This document shows, in pieces, positions 39,157 to 49,622 of a stretch of DNA of 64,000 nucleotides. The stretch is from an uncultured bacterium (GTDB lineage: Bacteria > Verrucomicrobiota > Kiritimatiellia > CAIKKV01). The notes beneath the pieces are model-generated. The model searched no databases. It was not told where the DNA came from and was given only the letters and a program-made list of their open reading frames with translations. Within the stretch, counting starts at the first letter, position 1; each line of letters opens with the position of its first letter. The stretch lies in the NCBI GenBank assembly GCA_938038445.1, contig CALHRZ010000005.1, positions 81,792-145,791 on the forward strand, given 5' to 3'. Made by a program: the position numbers and the translations under genes.

Positions 39157-40290
39157 ATGACAGGAAGAGAAAAACTGCTGGCGGCCTTCGATCCAGAAGG
39201 CACGCCGACCCCTGGGGTCGTCGCCTGCTACGACAGCCTTTTTTTTCGCGACCATTATGCCGCACTCACCGGCATCCCGTGGTGGGATCCCTCGCCAAAA
39301 GCTGCAAAACAACGCGCCATGGATTTCTTCACCCGAAGTGGCCTGGAATGGATCGGGGCAGACGCCTGCGAGCCCCGTGAAAAGCGCAGCCGTGCGCAAT
39401 TTGAAATTCGCGCCGATGGGATATGGCGAATCGATCCCGTGTCTGGTGAGTCCTGCCGGATTCCGGAACCCTCGGTAAGCGGCACGAATACCGCCTGCGC
39501 GCGCTCGCGTCATCTTAGCCCTGATGCGTGGCCGACAAGCCGGGAACAAATCGCGGCGTTGATCCCCCTTGACCCTCCTTTTGACCGCCCGTCGTTTCTC
39601 AGGGAAGGCCGACATGACACGGCCGCCGCCATCCGCGAAATCGGGATCCTCTTCACCTACAGCGCCGTGAATTCTCCCGTCTGGTCGCTTTACAGCCTCT
39701 TTGGATACGAAGGCATGATGATGTTGCTGGCAGAACAACCCGCGCTCGCTCAGTTCGCGGCCCAGCGAATCCTGGAAAACACCCTCCAGCGAATCGCTCA
39801 AATTGCAGCGCTCGAAGTGGACGCGGTCTGGATCGAAGAATGCTTGACGGATCAGTTCAGCCCAGACATCTACCGTCGGATTAACCTTCCCCTCCTCCGC
39901 CAACTAACCGACGTGATTCGAGCCCACGGGATGAAAAGCATCTACTACTTCAGCGGTAATCCTTGGACTCGGTTCCACGCGATTCTCGACACCGGAGCCG
40001 ATGGACTCCACTTCGAAGAGAGCAAAAAAAACTTTTCCATCCCCTTGGAGATGCTCGTCGAAGCCGTCGCCGGCCGATGCGTTGTTTTCGGTAATCTCGA
40101 CGCCATTGGTGTCCTCCAGGATGGGTCCGAACATCGGCTCCGGGAAGAAATCCAAAGGCAACTCCGCACCGGTCGAAAAAATCGTCACCGATTCATCATG
40201 AGTACGGGTAGCCCCATTACGCCCGGAACGCCCGTTGAGCGCGTACGGCTCTATACGGACCTCGTCCGCGAATTGTCTGCCTTTTCCTGA
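39157..40290 (+). CDS. uroporphyrinogen decarboxylase (URO-D) family protein
   Basis: Overall similarity to the URO-D/MtaA/CmuA TIM-barrel family, including a C-terminal FIMSTG-type motif. Function unknown. Confidence 0.5.
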   Translation: MTGREKLLAAFDPEGTPTPGVVACYDSLFFRDHYAALTGIPWWDPSPKAAKQRAMDFFTRSGLEWIGADACEPREKRSRAQFEIRADGIWRIDPVSGESCRIPEPSVSGTNTACARSRHLSPDAWPTSREQIAALIPLDPPFDRPSFLREGRHDTAAAIREIGILFTYSAVNSPVWSLYSLFGYEGMMMLLAEQPALAQFAAQRILENTLQRIAQIAALEVDAVWIEECLTDQFSPDIYRRINLPLLRQLTDVIRAHGMKSIYYFSGNPWTRFHAILDTGADGLHFEESKKNFSIPLEMLVEAVAGRCVVFGNLDAIGVLQDGSEHRLREEIQRQLRTGRKNRHRFIMSTGSPITPGTPVERVRLYTDLVRELSAFS

Positions 40291-40399
40291 AACCTTGCGG
40301 TGGGCAAATTCGCAAGCAGCGTCCTCTGCCTCTCCCTCCTTCCGTACAGCCGGGCTTGACCGGCCCCAGACCTGGGAGTAAGGTGCAAGTGGGTTTGTT

Positions 40400-42268
40400 A
40401 TGGATACCCGCTCATTCCCGTGGAGTGCCCGGATTGCGCTCGGCCTCTGGCCGTTGCTGGTGCTGGCGCTCTACTTACCCTCGATTCGAAACGACTTTGT
40501 CTACGACGATATCACGCTGATCGTCAAAGAGCAGCCACCGGCTTCGGCCGGCGATCTGTTCCGCGCCTTCCGCGAACGCCATTTTCCCACCGTCCCCTAC
40601 TACCGGCCCGTCACCCGCCTCACCTTCCTCCTCCAACGCCGCTGGCACGGCCTCAACCCCGTCCCCTACCATCTCGCGAACGGTATTCTGGCCGCTCTGG
40701 CCGCCTTCCGCCTTCTTCGTGTGCCGTGTTTCGGCCTCTCCCCCCTTGCCGCATCGGCTGGCGCTCTCCTTTGGGCAGTGCACCCGATTATGTCCTCCGC
40801 TGTGTATCCCATCTGTTCCGGTCGCGAAACGCTTTTGCCGGCCTTCTTAACCCTTCTCGCCATGGAATCCTGGTTCCGCCAGAGAACCCTTCGTGCGGCT
40901 CTCCTCTTCATTCTCGCCCTCTTCGCACGGGAACAAGCTCTGGTTCTCCCCCTCCTCTTTGGCACGGCCGATTATCTGCGCCTGAACGACCACCGCAATC
41001 AAAAGACCGTTGTTTCCCCCTGGAAAGCCTTCGCCCCGTATGGCGTCATGGCGCTCGCAATCATCGGCTACCTCATGGTGCGAAAACAATTGTTCCACGG
41101 GGCGGAATTTCACATCGCACTCCTCGAAAATCCGTGGGGTCCCCTCTTTTCCATCCTTTACGCCCTTCAAACTTTCTTTTTCCCTTTTCGCATGCTCGTG
41201 TACGAACCCCCGCTCCCCCTCTGGTGGTCTTGGACCCGCCTTGTTCCATCCCTGATTTTTACCGCCGTTCTTATCGCGCTCGCTCTTCGCCAACGCACAG
41301 GCCTTCATCCCCTTCTCTTCTGGACCTTCTGGTTCCTTCTCCTCCTGGCCCCCACGGCCAATATTCTCAAACAAGAAACCCCCTTCGACGAACGATACCT
41401 CCTCCTTCCTTCCCTCGCCTTCTTCGCCATCGGAGCTTCCGCATGCGCCGCGTTACCCGGACCAGTTCGAACCATCGCCGTCCCCGCCCTCGTTGCGTCC
41501 GCCGCCATCGCGTGGGTATCCATCACGCTGCACCGATCGCGCTATTTCAAGGATGATGCCACGTTTGCCGCACACTGGCTCCATGTCAACCCTAACTCCC
41601 ATAATGCCCTCCTCAATTACGCCAAATATCAAATCGATGCCGGCCGTTACGAAGAAGCGCGCCGCGCGGCCGCTCGCGCGGTCGAATTGGCGCCCGACCT
41701 CGAATACGCCTGGTATAACCTTGGCGTTACACTTGACCGGCTGGGAAGGACGGATCAAGCCCTCACCGCCTATCAACGGGCGCTCACGCTCAAACCCATC
41801 GCCGAAGCCCATTACAATCTTGCCGTGGCGCTTGCCGCCAACGGCCACACCAACGAGGCGATCCGCCACTATCAGGCCGCCATCGTCCGAAACCCCCGCC
41901 ATTCGGATGCCCATTACAACCTTGGCCTTCTCCTGGCTGAAAACGGCCGCCTCGCCGACGCCATCCCCTTGTTCGAACGGGCAGCCGAACTCGACCCCCG
42001 CGACGGACAATCCCTTTACAACCTCGGCGTGGCATTGGAGCGGTTGGGGCGTACACCAGAAGCCGTTGCGGCCTATCAACAGGCGTTGGCACGAATGCCG
42101 AGTCATCCGAAAGCTCTTTTCAACCTAGCGTTGTGCAACTACAGGGAAAAACAATATCCCGCTTGCATCCGTCTGCTCACCCGCTTGCTCGCCATCACGC
42201 CCGATGACATCGAAGCCCAGGCTCTGCTCGACGCGGCGCAGAGGACCATGCAAAACGCAGCACCCTAA
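40400..42268 (+). CDS. membrane protein with an N-terminal multi-TM domain (DUF1736/TMTC-like) and C-terminal tetratricopeptide repeats
   Basis: About 10 TM helices over aa 1-400, then 6+ TPR units (AEAHYNLAVALAANGHTNEAIRHYQAAI ...). Confidence 0.7.
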   Translation: MDTRSFPWSARIALGLWPLLVLALYLPSIRNDFVYDDITLIVKEQPPASAGDLFRAFRERHFPTVPYYRPVTRLTFLLQRRWHGLNPVPYHLANGILAALAAFRLLRVPCFGLSPLAASAGALLWAVHPIMSSAVYPICSGRETLLPAFLTLLAMESWFRQRTLRAALLFILALFAREQALVLPLLFGTADYLRLNDHRNQKTVVSPWKAFAPYGVMALAIIGYLMVRKQLFHGAEFHIALLENPWGPLFSILYALQTFFFPFRMLVYEPPLPLWWSWTRLVPSLIFTAVLIALALRQRTGLHPLLFWTFWFLLLLAPTANILKQETPFDERYLLLPSLAFFAIGASACAALPGPVRTIAVPALVASAAIAWVSITLHRSRYFKDDATFAAHWLHVNPNSHNALLNYAKYQIDAGRYEEARRAAARAVELAPDLEYAWYNLGVTLDRLGRTDQALTAYQRALTLKPIAEAHYNLAVALAANGHTNEAIRHYQAAIVRNPRHSDAHYNLGLLLAENGRLADAIPLFERAAELDPRDGQSLYNLGVALERLGRTPEAVAAYQQALARMPSHPKALFNLALCNYREKQYPACIRLLTRLLAITPDDIEAQALLDAAQRTMQNAAP

Positions 42269-42367
42269 GATGGTGTAAAGAGCGGAAACGCGAACCTCCC
42301 TCGTGGTTCCAAACGCTTGAAATCGGCGGGCCGGCCCACTACATTGTGTCGGTACAGGAGAACTTGT

Positions 42368-43672
42368 ATGACCACCGTGACCTATCGGCCCTCCACACCC
42401 CTTCCGGTAATCGCCGAATCCGATGTGATCGTGGTCGGAGGAGGACCCGGCGGACTGGGCGCCGCCGTCATGGCCGCCCGCGCAGGCGCCCGCGTCACCC
42501 TCATGGAACGATACGGCCTTCTGGGCGGTATGGCCAGTATCGGCGAAGTCCACCCCTTCATGCGGAACCACGCGGGAGCCGAATGCCTCGACCGCCCCGT
42601 TTACCTCGAATGGATTCGTGCCATGGGCCGCTATCTCCCTCCCGCGGAACAAGACGCCTATATCGCCGGTGCGGGAGGGTCCTCCCGGATGATCAGCAAG
42701 GAACTCGCCGCTCTCGCCGCCGAAGACCTCTGCCTCGAAGCAGGTGTCCGCCTTCTGTATCATCACGCCTTTGCCGATGTCCTCCAGTCCAATGGCCGTA
42801 TCGCGGCCGGCATCTTCCTCTCGAAATCGGGACTCGTGGCCGCCCGGGCCACCCTCTGGGTGGATGCGACCGGCGACGGCGATGTCGCGGCCCGGGCGGG
42901 ATCCCCTTTCGAAAAAGGAGGACCCAGCGGTTATTGCCAACCCATGACCCTCTGTTTCAAGCTGTCCGGCGTGGATAAGAACCGGACCCCCCCTCCCGCC
43001 GAACGTCATCAGCTTTTCCTCGCCGCCAAGGCCGAAGGCCGCATTCATTGCCCACGGGAAAACGTCCTTCAGTTCGAGTGGTTTGAACCCGATATCGTCC
43101 ACTTTAACACGACCCGGGTGGTTCAAAAGGATGCCACCAACGGCGTGGAACTGTCGGATGCCGAAATCGAAGGTCGCCGCCAGCTGAGGGAAATTCTCGC
43201 GTGGCTTCGCCGGGATGTCCCAGGGTATGAGCAGGCCCGCCTTCATTCGATGGCTCACCATATCGGGGTCCGGGAATCGCGGAGAATTCTCGGCCAAGCC
43301 TACCTCACACGGGATGATTTCCTCCGCTGCGCCAAATTCCCCGATGGAATCGCCCGGGTCTCCTACCCCATCGACATCCACAACCCCCTCGGCGGAGGGA
43401 CAGAGATTCTTCACGTCCCAGAGGGCGATTTTTATGAAATCCCCTACGGCTGCATTGTCCCCCAGGGTTGCAATAACCTCCTGATCGCCGGCCGGCCGAT
43501 CTCCGTCGATCACGCCGTCCATTCCAGCATGCGGGTCATGCCCCCCGCAATTTCCGTCGGCCAGGCCGCCGGCGTGGCCGCCGCTCTGGCTGCGCAAACC
43601 GGACGCAAACCCGCGGAACTGGAGGGAACCGTCATCCGGTCCCGCCTGAAAGCCATGGGAGCCTGGCTATAA
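42368..43672 (+). CDS. FAD-dependent oxidoreductase (PF12831-like)
   Basis: FAD Rossmann fold DVIVVGGGPGGLGAAVMAARAGARV and a TGDGDVAA motif. The start is set at the ATG with a CAGGAG RBS. Confidence 0.75.
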   Translation: MTTVTYRPSTPLPVIAESDVIVVGGGPGGLGAAVMAARAGARVTLMERYGLLGGMASIGEVHPFMRNHAGAECLDRPVYLEWIRAMGRYLPPAEQDAYIAGAGGSSRMISKELAALAAEDLCLEAGVRLLYHHAFADVLQSNGRIAAGIFLSKSGLVAARATLWVDATGDGDVAARAGSPFEKGGPSGYCQPMTLCFKLSGVDKNRTPPPAERHQLFLAAKAEGRIHCPRENVLQFEWFEPDIVHFNTTRVVQKDATNGVELSDAEIEGRRQLREILAWLRRDVPGYEQARLHSMAHHIGVRESRRILGQAYLTRDDFLRCAKFPDGIARVSYPIDIHNPLGGGTEILHVPEGDFYEIPYGCIVPQGCNNLLIAGRPISVDHAVHSSMRVMPPAISVGQAAGVAAALAAQTGRKPAELEGTVIRSRLKAMGAWL

Positions 43673-43694
43673 ACCCGGTTTCTCCTAAGAACAC

Positions 43695-43724
43695 TTGAAC
43701 GAGTCGTTTGCTTTCGGTTATAAT
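43695..43724 (+). promoter_or_regulatory. sigma-70 promoter (TTGAAC-18-TATAAT) of the thi operon
   Basis: TTGAAC at 43695-43700 and TATAAT at 43719-43724, immediately upstream of the riboswitch. Confidence 0.55.
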
Positions 43725-43727
43725 TAA

Positions 43728-43813
43728 ACAGTTCAGTTGGGGTGCTGCGCCAAACGATGGCGCGGCTGAGAATAGACCCAGGAACCTGATCCGGATAATG
43801 CCGGCGGAGGAAA
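43728..43813 (+). promoter_or_regulatory. TPP (THI-box) riboswitch
   Basis: GGGGTGC...GGCTGAGAATAGACCC...GAACCTGATCCGGATAATGCCGGCGGAGGAA contains the conserved CTGAGA, ACCTGATC-GGATAATGCC and GGAGG elements, directly 5' of thi4. Confidence 0.85.
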
Positions 43814-43816
43814 CTG

Positions 43817-44590
43817 ATGATGGAAAATCGTATCTCGACCTTCATCGTTCGTCGCTATTTGGAAAAATTGACCCGCGCTTTTACGCTCGATGTGGCCTTT
43901 GTCGGCGCGGGCCCTTCGGCACTCGTGGCCGCCCATGACCTGGCCAAAAAAGGATTTCGAACCGCCCTCTTCGAAAGCAAGCTCGCCCCAGGCGGCGGCA
44001 TTTGGGGAGGGGGAATGCTCTTTAACGAGGTGGTCGTCCAGGACGACGCGCTCCCCATTCTCCAGGATTTCGGCATCGCAAGCGAATCGGCCGGCGACGG
44101 GTTTTACACGTGCGATGCCATCGAGCTGGCCGCCGGCCTCCTCTACGGTGCGCGCCGTGCAGGCGCTGTTCTGTTCAACAGCATCAAAGTGGAAGATGTC
44201 CTGGTCCGCGAAGAACGAGTCGCCGGCCTCGTCATCAACTGGACCCCAGTCGTGCGATTGGAGATGCATGTGGATCCGCTGACGGTTTCCGCGCGCGCCG
44301 TAGTGGATGCCACGGGCCACCCATCCGAAATCGCCGTCCTGACCTCCCGCAAAGCAGGACTCCGCCTCGACACACCCACCGGTCGCATTGCGGGCGAAAA
44401 ACCGATGTGGATGGAACGCGCGGAAAATGAAACGGTCGAAAACACCAAACGCCTCTGCCCCGGCCTCTATGTCTGCGGGATGGCTGCAAACAACGTCCAG
44501 GGAGGGTTCCGCATGGGACCGATCTTCGGCGGGATGCTTAAAAGCGGTCGTAAAGTGGCCGCGTTGATTGCCCAGGATTTCACGCCGTGA
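43817..44590 (+). CDS. thi4: thiazole synthase Thi4 family protein (sulfide-dependent type)
   Basis: [21 protein letters not shown]...[13 protein letters not shown]...VDATGHPSE are Thi4 family motifs. Confidence 0.8.
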   Translation: MMENRISTFIVRRYLEKLTRAFTLDVAFVGAGPSALVAAHDLAKKGFRTALFESKLAPGGGIWGGGMLFNEVVVQDDALPILQDFGIASESAGDGFYTCDAIELAAGLLYGARRAGAVLFNSIKVEDVLVREERVAGLVINWTPVVRLEMHVDPLTVSARAVVDATGHPSEIAVLTSRKAGLRLDTPTGRIAGEKPMWMERAENETVENTKRLCPGLYVCGMAANNVQGGFRMGPIFGGMLKSGRKVAALIAQDFTP

Positions 44591-45267
44591 AGGACCTTCC
44601 CAAACGGTTCGGCCTCTACCTCATCCTCACACGGCCCGCCGCCGGATACGACCGGTGCGCCGAAGCGGCCGTCGCAGCGGGTGTTCGCTTCCTCCAACTC
44701 CGCATGAAGGGAGAACCGCGTGCCCATATCCTCGAAACCGCCCGACGAATCCGCGCCCTGACGCTCGGAACAGAAACCCGCTTCATCCTGAACGATGATC
44801 CGGAACTGGCTGCCGAAATCGGCGCCGATGGAGTTCATCTCGGCCAAAACGATGCGCCCCTACCCCAGACCCGAATGCGCCATCCTCAATTGCCGATCTG
44901 GGGTCTCTCCACCCACGATGAACATCAAGCAGCTGCGGCTCTCGCAATCCAACCCACTTACATCGGGGTCGGGCCGATCTTTGCCACGCCAACGAAAACG
45001 ACCCCAGATCCCGTCCTCGGCCTGGAGCGCATGGGCCGCATCATCCGTTCTACGCCCATTCCGGCCGTGGCCATCGGCGGCATTAACGAGGCCAATCTGG
45101 CGGATGTGCTCTATGCAGGCGCCACCAATTTCGCCGTCGTCCGCGCCGTATGCGAGAACCCGAATCCCGCTGCGGCGATCCAGCGGCTCCTCGAAATCTG
45201 GCGCTCTAAGGATCAGGAAGGCGGCTTTTCAGAAGCCGGCGGCGTTTCTAAAACGGGTGGCCGATAA
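44587..45267 (+). CDS. thiE: thiamine-phosphate synthase
   Basis: LYLILTR...VRFLQLRMK...[11 protein letters not shown]...[12 protein letters not shown]...AIGGI. The start overlaps the thi4 stop (ATGA). Confidence 0.85.
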   Translation: MKDLPKRFGLYLILTRPAAGYDRCAEAAVAAGVRFLQLRMKGEPRAHILETARRIRALTLGTETRFILNDDPELAAEIGADGVHLGQNDAPLPQTRMRHPQLPIWGLSTHDEHQAAAALAIQPTYIGVGPIFATPTKTTPDPVLGLERMGRIIRSTPIPAVAIGGINEANLADVLYAGATNFAVVRAVCENPNPAAAIQRLLEIWRSKDQEGGFSEAGGVSKTGGR

Positions 45268-45647
45268 TCCTTATGGGCAGGACAGCGAAGGTACGAACAA
45301 GCGCTCTTGCCGATCTTCCGGCTCCATTCGCATTGCCCCGTCTTTTCGGAATCTTTCCATAGGGCGCAAACGCCTTGCGGCGCACCCGCCTCAACCAGTT
45401 TTTCGCGCGAAGGATTTTTCGCATGCCCCGGACAGGCCGTACGCCCACACGGCTTGATCTCCTGAACCGACCGATCGCAACAGCCATCCCCATCCGAATC
45501 GGTCCAGCCTCCGCATGCCCCCGGCGGACGCGGCTTGGGGGACGGAGGCGCCTTCGGTTTTTCCTCCGCCCACACCCGCAAAAGCGATCCCCCCAATACC
45601 GCCAGGGTTCCAACCCCGACACTCCGGATAAACTCCCGCCTTTTCAT
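45213..45647 (-). CDS. small Tat-signal cysteine-rich protein (hypothetical)
   Basis: Twin-arginine signal MKRREFIRSVGVGTLAVLGG, 13 Cys in ~110 mature residues (CGGWTDSDGDGCCD...). GGAGG RBS. Its 3' end overlaps the thiE 3' end by 55 nt (convergent). Confidence 0.5.
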   Translation of the reverse strand: MKRREFIRSVGVGTLAVLGGSLLRVWAEEKPKAPPSPKPRPPGACGGWTDSDGDGCCDRSVQEIKPCGRTACPGHAKNPSREKLVEAGAPQGVCALWKDSEKTGQCEWSRKIGKSACSYLRCPAHKDYRPPVLETPPASEKPPS

Positions 45648-45790
45648 TCCACATCCTCCAAACATGTTAAGGAAAGTTAAGCCGTTTCCACGCCCAAGAT
45701 CAAGCATAAAAAAAACGTCGGTTGAATAAATTCACTTCTCGCTGAATCGTAGCCTGCTCCCTCGTGTTCAATTCTCTTCTGCTCCGGACG

Positions 45791-45819
45791 TTGACCCAGG
45801 AAAAGGCACCCGTTACAAT
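45791..45819 (+). promoter_or_regulatory. sigma-70 promoter (TTGACC-17-TACAAT)
   Basis: TTGACC at 45791-45796 and TACAAT at 45814-45819, upstream of the ADH gene. Confidence 0.45.
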
Positions 45820-45841
45820 TCCTTACCAAAAAAGGGTTCCA

Positions 45842-46849
45842 ATGCGCGCAGCTTTCCAAACAACAAAAGGCGTCGAACTGAAAGAAATTTCCCTTCGGCC
45901 GCTTGCCCCCGACGAAATTCGCCTCAAGGTGGACGCCTGCGGAATCTGTGGAACCGATCTTCTCGAGCCCCCTCCCGGAGCTATTAAGGAAACCGGATTC
46001 GGTCACGAAATCGCCGGCGAAATCCTCGAGACCGGATCCGCCGTCCTCCATCTCCACCCCGGACAGAAAATCGCCCTCGAATCCTCAAGCGCCTGCGGCC
46101 TCTGCTCACACTGCCGCAACGCCCAACAGGAACTCTGCACCGATCTCCGCCATTTTGGAAAACTCGGCCAGTTCGGCATGGCGGAACAGATGATCGCTCC
46201 CGCCGTCAGCGCCGTGCCCTACGAAGGACTCAGCCCCGAAATCGCCTGCCTCAGCGAACCCCTCGGCGTGGCCATTGACATGGTCCGCCTCGCCGAGATT
46301 CATCCCGACTCCAACGTCCTAATCACCGGACCCGGCCCAATCGGCTTGATGGCACTCGCCCTCGTTCGACGGATGGGCGCTCGGCGCGTTTTCGTCGCCG
46401 CTCACTCCTCCTCCTCTGCCCGAATCGCGCTTGCCAAACGATGGGGAGCGGATGCCATCGTTGATCCTGACGTGACGCCCCTGGACCAGTTCGATTACGG
46501 CGGCCCCCTCGACCGCGCGCTCGTTACAACACCGCCCGCTACGCTACCCTCCGTTTGCCAAGCCCTCGGCCGGGGCGGCATTATTTCCTTTATTGGCATC
46601 CGTTGGGGCGAAGGCACGTGGGCCACGTTGGATATCAACGCCTTTCACTTCAAAAAGCTCCAACTGCGCGCCTCCTTCGCCAGTCCTGCCCTTTTTACCC
46701 CCCTCGCTCTCCAGTACCTGCGGGAAGGCGTCGTGAACGGCGAAGAGTTGATCTCCCACCGCTTTCCCCTCTCCCGCATCGCGGAGGCTTTCGCCGCCGC
46801 GCGAAATAAGGCAACGGCCATAAAAGTCGTCGTACAACCCAACCCATAA
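45842..46849 (+). CDS. zinc-dependent alcohol dehydrogenase (MDR family; sorbitol/threonine DH-like)
   Basis: CGICGTDL and GHEIAGEI zinc-binding motifs and a Rossmann GPGPIGLMA. Confidence 0.85.
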   Translation: MRAAFQTTKGVELKEISLRPLAPDEIRLKVDACGICGTDLLEPPPGAIKETGFGHEIAGEILETGSAVLHLHPGQKIALESSSACGLCSHCRNAQQELCTDLRHFGKLGQFGMAEQMIAPAVSAVPYEGLSPEIACLSEPLGVAIDMVRLAEIHPDSNVLITGPGPIGLMALALVRRMGARRVFVAAHSSSSARIALAKRWGADAIVDPDVTPLDQFDYGGPLDRALVTTPPATLPSVCQALGRGGIISFIGIRWGEGTWATLDINAFHFKKLQLRASFASPALFTPLALQYLREGVVNGEELISHRFPLSRIAEAFAAARNKATAIKVVVQPNP

Positions 46850-46860
46850 GGAGTCCCCTT

Positions 46861-47931
46861 ATGCCTCTGACCGTTGGCGTGATCGGTTGCGGAATGATCG
46901 CCCCCTTTCATTTCTCCGGTCTCGAAAAAATCGGCGCCTCCGTTCGCTGGATCTGCGACCTGAACGAGCAGGCCGCCGCCCCGTGGGTCGCCCGGTTCGA
47001 CGCCCGCTACACGAAAAATTACCAGGAAATTCTCGCCGACCCTTCCGTACAGGTTGTTCACGTTCTCACCTTCACCGGGACCCACCGCGAACTTTGTCTG
47101 GCGGCCATCGCCGCGGGCAAGGCGGTTCTCTGCGAAAAAACACTCGCCCTGAACGGAACAGAAGCCCATGAAATCGTTTCAGCCGCACTCCGGAAAGGCG
47201 TGCCGTTTTACACCTGTTACATGAAGCGCTTCATCCCCGCCGTGGAAAAAGCCCGCGAACTGTTGCCCGCGATCAGTCCCATCCTCTCATCCTACTTTCG
47301 GACCTACCAGAAATGGGGGGCCCTCTGGGGATCCAATCCTCCTTCGGGCTTTTTCCACAAACCGCCGAATGGCCCTTCGGATGTCATCCGTCGCTATGGA
47401 GGCGGTATCCTCCCGATGGGAGGCAGCCACATTCTGGATCTCATTCTCTTTCTGCTTGGCCGCCCTCAGCGCGTATGGTCCTGTATGCAAACCCCAGCGG
47501 ATCGGGACTACGATCTCCAGGCCACCGCGCTCATGGAAACCCCAAACGGCATCGTGCACTTTGAAGCCCTCGCCCATCCGTTGGATCGGATCGGATATTG
47601 GAAGGATGGATGGGACGAACGATTCGAGATCAACGGTCTGCACGGCCGCCTCGAATTCTACAGCGCGCCATGGAACGACGTCACGCATAAGGCCAGCCTT
47701 CTCGTCCACTACGATAACCGCTCCCAAACGGCCGCCGAATATCGTTTCGCCCCAGCCTCTCCCTTCGAGCGCGCCATTGCCCGATTCGCCCCCTCGATCG
47801 AAGCCGGCATCCAGGGGGAACAATCCGCCCTGACCGGCTGGGAGGTGGACAATCTGATCGATCATATCCGCCTCAGCGCAAAAGAGCAGCAGGCCGTCTC
47901 GGTTGAATGGAATGACCCGAAACTCTCATAG
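46861..47931 (+). CDS. Gfo/Idh/MocA family oxidoreductase
   Basis: LTVGVIGCGMIA Rossmann N-terminus and an EKP motif. Confidence 0.85.
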   Translation: MPLTVGVIGCGMIAPFHFSGLEKIGASVRWICDLNEQAAAPWVARFDARYTKNYQEILADPSVQVVHVLTFTGTHRELCLAAIAAGKAVLCEKTLALNGTEAHEIVSAALRKGVPFYTCYMKRFIPAVEKARELLPAISPILSSYFRTYQKWGALWGSNPPSGFFHKPPNGPSDVIRRYGGGILPMGGSHILDLILFLLGRPQRVWSCMQTPADRDYDLQATALMETPNGIVHFEALAHPLDRIGYWKDGWDERFEINGLHGRLEFYSAPWNDVTHKASLLVHYDNRSQTAAEYRFAPASPFERAIARFAPSIEAGIQGEQSALTGWEVDNLIDHIRLSAKEQQAVSVEWNDPKLS

Positions 47932-48005
47932 GCGGTTCATGTCTGCAACGATTTCCCCGCTTCTTCCCGTCTCCGGCGGCTCATCCCTCAAATTCGAAAG
48001 CTCTC

Positions 48006-49622
48006 ATGAAACGTAAGCCCCTTCTTTTCCTTCCCTCCCCCGGCCTTGCAGTTCTGCTTTCATTGCTCGTGGCCTTCTCGCGAGCCCAAAACGAGGAAAC
48101 CCCTCCTCTTCAGGTTCCGCCCCGTTACATGCGGGAATTCGAGGTCCTTCTCAAACCCGAAGCCCGCTTCCTGCGAGTCGGAGGCCGTTTCGTCAGCTCG
48201 GCCGAGGGGCCGGTTTGCAACGAGATTCAAATTTGGTTCAACGGAACCCTTCTGGATGACCGCCGTCTCATCGGCCCCGCCGAAGTGACCACCCCCCTCA
48301 TGCCCGTGGATTATACCGTCATCTTTCCCCGCTTCTGCCCCCGCCGGATGGCCTTCGCATTCAAACAAGATGCAGATGACCTTCTGAACAACGGCCCGTG
48401 GACGCCCTTCTTCTTTCGCGAACGCTATGCCACCCACCATGTCGGCCCCTTTATTCAGCTGGACATCTCCGATCTGCCCAAAAAACCCGTTAATACCGTC
48501 CGACTCGTCAACGGTCACTCATGGGCAACCTTTCAGCTTTCCACGCTGGAAACCGCCGCCGATTCCGTGGAGTTCAACGAATTGCTCCTCCCCATGCCTG
48601 CCTATCTGATTCTACGGAAAAGCCCCGCGGAACGTGCGCGGTACGAACACCTCTTGATGACCGGGGAAATGCCCGACGTGGAAAAGGCCGAATTGATCGC
48701 GGCCCTTGGAATTGCGGATGCCACCACCCCGGGTGTTCCGCTCGAAACAGCCATCGTAAAATTCCGACAAAGCCTGGAAACCAGTTCCGATTTCCCCTCC
48801 CGCTCCGAGGTGCTCTACCGATTACTGGCTGCTGGGATCGCAACAGGTTCTCCCCCCCTTCCGGAAGCGGCCCTCCGCTCAGCCCTCGCTGAAGCACCGG
48901 GCGTCTGGGGCGATCTTGCGCGCGCCCTTCTGGCCGCTCGCGACAAACAGCCGCCCCCTCCTGAACGGCCGATTCTCTCAACCCCGATCGTCCATCAACC
49001 GGTTCGAGCCGATGGCATCGCGGATGAACCCTTCTGGCCCCATTGCCCTTCCATTCCCCTGCGCCACATCATGGGCACCAACGAAACCGTCGAAGGGGGA
49101 ATCGCCTCTCTCCGAGCCGCCGCAGCCCCGAACGGCCTGGCGCTTCTGTTCGAGGGAACCTTCGATCCCAATGTCAAATTCGTCTGCGGCCTCGCTCCCG
49201 ACTCTCCGGTCTGGGACGACAACGCGATCGAAGTCTTGATTGCCCGCGACCTCCAGTTCCAAACCTATTACGAACTCAACGTCTCGCTCCTCGGAACCCG
49301 CTATGACGGAATCAATGGGTGGCGAACCGATCACGACGTCTCCTGGACAGGACCCTGGCAATCCGCGTCCCGCTTGCTGGGGGAAACCTTCACCATCGAA
49401 TATCTCATCCCCTGGGACCTTTTCGGCCGAATCGCATCTCCCCCGCACGGAACGTTCTTCATCGCCAACACACTGAGAACCTGGATCACGCTCGACGAAA
49501 ACAATAAACGCAATCGGCGTTTTCTCTCCCCCGTCGAAAACCCCATCGTGGATGCCCATCGGTTGCAAAACGGACTCGTGTTCCACGTGGTTTCTCTTCC
49601 CCTTCAGCAGCCGGAACACTAA
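48006..49622 (+). CDS. hypothetical secreted protein with a C-terminal CBM9/DOMON-like domain
   Basis: Signal peptide. The C-terminal ~200 aa resemble carbohydrate-binding family 9. Confidence 0.5.
   Translation: MKRKPLLFLPSPGLAVLLSLLVAFSRAQNEETPPLQVPPRYMREFEVLLKPEARFLRVGGRFVSSAEGPVCNEIQIWFNGTLLDDRRLIGPAEVTTPLMPVDYTVIFPRFCPRRMAFAFKQDADDLLNNGPWTPFFFRERYATHHVGPFIQLDISDLPKKPVNTVRLVNGHSWATFQLSTLETAADSVEFNELLLPMPAYLILRKSPAERARYEHLLMTGEMPDVEKAELIAALGIADATTPGVPLETAIVKFRQSLETSSDFPSRSEVLYRLLAAGIATGSPPLPEAALRSALAEAPGVWGDLARALLAARDKQPPPPERPILSTPIVHQPVRADGIADEPFWPHCPSIPLRHIMGTNETVEGGIASLRAAAAPNGLALLFEGTFDPNVKFVCGLAPDSPVWDDNAIEVLIARDLQFQTYYELNVSLLGTRYDGINGWRTDHDVSWTGPWQSASRLLGETFTIEYLIPWDLFGRIASPPHGTFFIANTLRTWITLDENNKRNRRFLSPVENPIVDAHRLQNGLVFHVVSLPLQQPEH

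Noticed and set aside
42125-43597. 490-aa minus-strand ORF
   Set aside because: Antisense to the FAD-dependent oxidoreductase, which has a clear GxGxxG FAD fold. Gly/Asp-rich shadow ORF.
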